NCBI GenBank assembly: GCA_963836235.1
Contig: CAWIIP010000004.1
Location: 640,001-704,000 of the forward strand
DNA from: an uncultured Pseudomonadota bacterium
Lineage (GTDB): Bacteria > Oederibacteriota > Muellerivitia > Muellerivitales > Muellerivitaceae
Direction: 5' to 3'
Length of the DNA: 64,000 nucleotides
The position numbers and the translations under genes are program-made. The number at the start of each line of letters is the position of its first letter. The first letter of the stretch is position 1. The notes beneath the pieces were generated by a model. That model worked only from the letters and a program-made list of their open reading frames with translations, had not been told where the DNA came from and did no database searches. Below are positions 60,398-64,000 of the stretch, in pieces.

Positions 60398-62500
60398 ATG
60401 CGTTTAAACTATTTGTGCCCCATTCTGGCCGCTTTCCTATTTTTCTTGGGTATGGCGGTTAAGGCGGATGCCGAAACAGTGGAAAAAACCTTTAAGAATC
60501 CCATCCTGACGGGCTTTCATCCCGACCCGAGCATCTGCCGGGTGGGAGAGGATTTTTACCTGACCACCTCCACTTTCGAGTTTTTTCCCGGACTTCCGAT
60601 CTATCACAGCCGCGACCTAGTCCATTGGGAGCAGATCGGGAACGCCCTGGATCGCCTCAGCCAACTGCCTCTTCAAGGGGCTTCGGACCGGGGCGGCCTT
60701 TACGCCCCCACCCTTCGCTATTGGAAGGGGACCTTCTACCTGACCTGCGATAACGTCAGCGGCGGGGGAAATTTCATTGTGACGGCCAAGGACCCGGCGG
60801 GCCCCTGGTCGGAACCTATTTGGCTGAACGATTACGGGATTGACGGTTCTATATTTTTTGATGACGACGGAAAAATCTATTATCAACACGCCGGAGCCGA
60901 CAATGGGAACGGCATCGCGCAAGCGGAATTGGATCCTTCCACATTGAAGCTTAAAACACCCTTCAAGAAAATCTGGGAATACCCGGGCGAATGGAATGAG
61001 GGTCCGCACCTCTACAAGATCAAGGGTTTGTATTATCTCATCGCCGCCACGGGCGGAACCGAAAGCCATCATCAAGAAGTCGCGGCCATGGCCCAAAGCC
61101 CCTGGGGCCCTTTTGAGCCCTGCCCCCACAATCCCATCCTCACCGAACGGGATGATCCCCAAAGCCCCATCCAATGCGCCGGTCACGCCGATTTGATCGA
61201 CGCTTCCGATGGAACCTGGTGGTTGGTTTTCCTCGGCACCCGACCCACTAATGGGATGTCCGCGATCGGCCGAGAGACTTTCCTCTCGCCGGTCCGATGG
61301 ACCCAGGATGGCTGGCCGGTCGTGGGCAAGGACCATCATGTAGCCCTGGAAATGGAGGCGCCACAGTTGAAACCCTTCGCCGTGAAAGCCTCCAAGCCGA
61401 GGACCGCATTTACCGGCTCCCCACTGGGTCCCGAGTGGCTGTATGTTCGCAATTTTGACCCGAAAAATTTTTCGCTGACAGAACACAAGGGCTATCTCCG
61501 CATTCGGGCGGCCAAGGACGGTCTGAATACCCGGTTCGAGGACCCCGCTTTCGTGGGCCAGCGCCAAACCGACGTTCGCTTTAGCTCCCGGACCGCAATG
61601 AAATTCAGCCCCACGCAGGATGGGGAGGAGGCGGGACTTTGCGTCCGGGCCAACGAGGATAACCATTACGAGATAGGGTTGGAGCGGTTCGATGGTAAAA
61701 CCCAGATCTTTGTCCGAAACCGGATCAAGAACCGGGAATATAGGATTGTCGAAAAGCCGATTGAGCCAGGCAAGGTCCAATTAGAGATTTCCGGTACGGC
61801 AGACCGGTATCAATTCGCCTGGTCCGCCGACGGCAAGGACTGGCACAGTATCGCCGCATGCCCTTCCGCCGATCTTTCCCGTGAGAAGGCAGGTGGTTTT
61901 ACTGGAACGGTGATCGGTCTCTATGCCACGGCCAATGGCAAGGATTCCAAGGCTTGCGCGGACTTCGCCTGGTTTGAAATGCGCCCCGGCGTAGTCCCGA
62001 AGCCAGCACCCCTTTCGATCCGTCCCCCGCCGACACCCATGAATCCGTCGGACCATTGGCGCATTCGTACCGGCTGGGAAGAATTCCGGGACAAGGACGG
62101 TTTGTACTGGTCGTCGGATATCGGCTATTCCGATGGGGAAGTCGCCCGTTGCTGGAATAGTATCGCCGGGACCCAGATCCAGGAACTCTACCAATTCGAA
62201 CGCTTTGGCCGGGATTTCAGCTATACCCTTCCCGTAATACCAGGCAAGTACCAAGTTCGTCTCAGGTTCGCGGAGACCGGCGTGAAGAAGGAGGGCGATC
62301 GGGTATTTGATATCTTGATCAACGGTAAAAAAGTCTTCTCCCATTTCGACATCCTCAAAGAAGCCGGGGCGGCGGACAAAGCCATAGACCGTAGCTTCTC
62401 CGATATCCAACCCGACGCCCAAGGGATGATCGATATCCATTTCGTATCTTCGGTCCAGACTGCCAAGGTCTGCGCCATTGAGATCGCCAGGGAAAAATGA
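60398..62500 (+). CDS. GH43 beta-xylosidase/arabinofuranosidase with C-terminal malectin domain, copy 2
   Basis: Paralog of 58253..60367 with all three catalytic acid motifs intact. Confidence 0.9.
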   Translation: MRLNYLCPILAAFLFFLGMAVKADAETVEKTFKNPILTGFHPDPSICRVGEDFYLTTSTFEFFPGLPIYHSRDLVHWEQIGNALDRLSQLPLQGASDRGGLYAPTLRYWKGTFYLTCDNVSGGGNFIVTAKDPAGPWSEPIWLNDYGIDGSIFFDDDGKIYYQHAGADNGNGIAQAELDPSTLKLKTPFKKIWEYPGEWNEGPHLYKIKGLYYLIAATGGTESHHQEVAAMAQSPWGPFEPCPHNPILTERDDPQSPIQCAGHADLIDASDGTWWLVFLGTRPTNGMSAIGRETFLSPVRWTQDGWPVVGKDHHVALEMEAPQLKPFAVKASKPRTAFTGSPLGPEWLYVRNFDPKNFSLTEHKGYLRIRAAKDGLNTRFEDPAFVGQRQTDVRFSSRTAMKFSPTQDGEEAGLCVRANEDNHYEIGLERFDGKTQIFVRNRIKNREYRIVEKPIEPGKVQLEISGTADRYQFAWSADGKDWHSIAACPSADLSREKAGGFTGTVIGLYATANGKDSKACADFAWFEMRPGVVPKPAPLSIRPPPTPMNPSDHWRIRTGWEEFRDKDGLYWSSDIGYSDGEVARCWNSIAGTQIQELYQFERFGRDFSYTLPVIPGKYQVRLRFAETGVKKEGDRVFDILINGKKVFSHFDILKEAGAADKAIDRSFSDIQPDAQGMIDIHFVSSVQTAKVCAIEIAREK

Positions 62501-64000
62501 AAAATTTAAAAATATTTATTTTGATCTTCTGGTTTTGTGCGGGCGGAGTTTTCTCGGCCGGCCTGAAATGGGAGTCGTCAGCGACCAAAGCCAAGGTGGA
62601 CAAAAAGCTCGCCCAAGTGGAGGCGGTCATCCAAAAGGGCCCTTTCAAGGATGATTGGGACTCACTGAGGAATCACCCAATACCCGAGTGGTATCAGGAC
62701 GCCAAGTTTGGCATCTTCATGCATTGGGGCCTCTATTCGGTGCCTGGTTACGCCAATGAATGGTATTCCCGCAACATGTACCAAAAGGACCTGACCTGGG
62801 ACGACGCCTTCAAGCACCATGTGGCGACCTATGGGCCCCAGGATAAGTTCGGTTATAAGGATTTCATTCCGATGTTCAAGGCCGAGAAATTCAATCCGGA
62901 GCAATGGGCCGAATTGTTCAAAGAGGCCGGAGCCAAATACGTGGTGCCGGTAGCGGAGCATCATGACGGATTCGCCATGTATGATTCGGACTTCTCCCGC
63001 TGGACGGCCAAGAAGATGGGCCCGAAGAAGGACCTGATCGGCTTGGAAGCAAAAGCCTACCGAGCGGAGGGATTGGTATTCGGTTGTTCCTCCCATCGAG
63101 CCGAGCACTGGTGGTTTATGAGCGGTGGCACCAAGTTCCCCTCCGACGTTCAAGACCCCAAGTACGCTGATTTCTACGGCCCGGCTGCCGAGGATTACAG
63201 CAATCCTAGCGAGGATTATGTGCGGAACTGGCTGGCCCGCTCCTGTGAACTGGTGGACAAGTACCATCCTCAACTCGTTTATTTCGACTGGTGGATCGGG
63301 GAAACGCCCGCCTTTGAGCCCTATCTGAAAAAATTCGCCGCCTATTACTACGATAGGGCCGCGGAATGGGGTGAGGGCGTGGTTTTGAACACCAAGGACA
63401 AGGCTTTCGTCCCCCGTACCGCAGTGCAGGACGTCGAAAAGGGAAAGCTTCCCGGCATTAACCCTGTGGCATGGCAGACTGACACCTCGGTCAGCTGGAA
63501 ATCCTGGGCTTTTCTCAATGATGACCAGCTCAAGGACGCCGGATATTTGATCCGCACGCTGATTGATACCGTAAGCAAAAACGGCAACCTCCTTCTGGAT
63601 ATCGGCCCGGCCCCGGATGGGACGATCCCCGAGGGGCAGGAAAAGGTCCTTCGGGAAATGGGGGATTGGCTGAAGGTGAACGGCGAGGCCATTTACGGTA
63701 CTCGGCCCTGGATCGTGAACGGGGAAGGGCCCACTTCGGAAGGGGCGGGTAAAAACAGCGAAACGGATGTGAAGTACCAAGAAGGGGATGTACGCTTCAC
63801 CCGCAAGGGAAACACACTCTATATCCTTTCCATGGTGCCGCAGACAAAGACCTTCAAGGTCACCTTGCTGGGGAAGAAAGGCGCTCCAGGGGTTTCGATC
63901 AAGGACGTCACTCTTTTAGGCTCGGGCGAAAGCGTCAAATGGGTTCGGCATGATGATAGCCTCGAGCTTCCGGCTCCCGCGAAGGCGCTGGCGGAACCGA
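62497..64000 (+). CDS. GH29 alpha-L-fucosidase (runs off the window edge; absent from the ORF track)
   Basis: ATGA overlap with the GH43 gene; translated by eye: PEWYQDAKFGIFMHWG, EHHDGF, YFDWW, VSKNGNLLLDIGP, NGEAIYGTRPW. Confidence 0.92.
   Translation, partial: MKNLKIFILIFWFCAGGVFSAGLKWESSATKAKVDKKLAQVEAVIQKGPFKDDWDSLRNHPIPEWYQDAKFGIFMHWGLYSVPGYANEWYSRNMYQKDLTWDDAFKHHVATYGPQDKFGYKDFIPMFKAEKFNPEQWAELFKEAGAKYVVPVAEHHDGFAMYDSDFSRWTAKKMGPKKDLIGLEAKAYRAEGLVFGCSSHRAEHWWFMSGGTKFPSDVQDPKYADFYGPAAEDYSNPSEDYVRNWLARSCELVDKYHPQLVYFDWWIGETPAFEPYLKKFAAYYYDRAAEWGEGVVLNTKDKAFVPRTAVQDVEKGKLPGINPVAWQTDTSVSWKSWAFLNDDQLKDAGYLIRTLIDTVSKNGNLLLDIGPAPDGTIPEGQEKVLREMGDWLKVNGEAIYGTRPWIVNGEGPTSEGAGKNSETDVKYQEGDVRFTRKGNTLYILSMVPQTKTFKVTLLGKKGAPGVSIKDVTLLGSGESVKWVRHDDSLELPAPAKALAEP

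Noticed and set aside
58238-62440. Long minus-strand ORFs (334, 387 and 219 aa)
   Set aside because: Antisense shadows of the two GH43 genes.
62662-63780. 372-aa minus-strand ORF
   Set aside because: Antisense to the GH29 fucosidase, which is open on the plus strand to the window end.

Overview
Bacterial DNA, gene-dense and apparently from a diderm (it encodes a TonB receptor, a PorV-like barrel and Wza/Wzc). No rRNA, tRNA, CRISPR array, integrase or transposase was recognised. The main blocks are: (1) 1-16.3 kb, a Wzx/Wzy exopolysaccharide/capsule locus (WecA-like initiator, Wza, Wzc, two flippases, HAD hydrolase, two GT2, Wzy/ligase, pyruvyl transferase, two GT4). (2) 18-32.8 kb, two paralogous GH74-like beta-propeller proteins, an orphan module of ACP, Cys-type adenylation domain, SagB-type oxidase and acyltransferase, a mucin-like FlgD-tailed protein coupled to a PorV-like barrel, and a polysaccharide deacetylase. 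(3) 33-55 kb, an Nramp-related transporter, a beta-helix protein, a hybrid kinase, a ZraR-like sigma54 activator, a Lol-like ABC system with frameshifts, a HI0933 flavoprotein, prepilin peptidase and a TonB receptor-YfiR-kinase-regulator operon. (4) 55-64 kb, GH31/PA14, two GH43-malectin enzymes and a GH29 cut by the window edge. The best leads are the cyclase-less Cys-A/ACP/oxidase module next to capsule genes, two identical sigma54 promoters with matching tandem enhancer boxes that predict a small regulon, T9SS-like cargo/barrel pairs, and several paralogs with degenerate catalytic motifs. All family calls come from reading motifs by eye; no searches were run.
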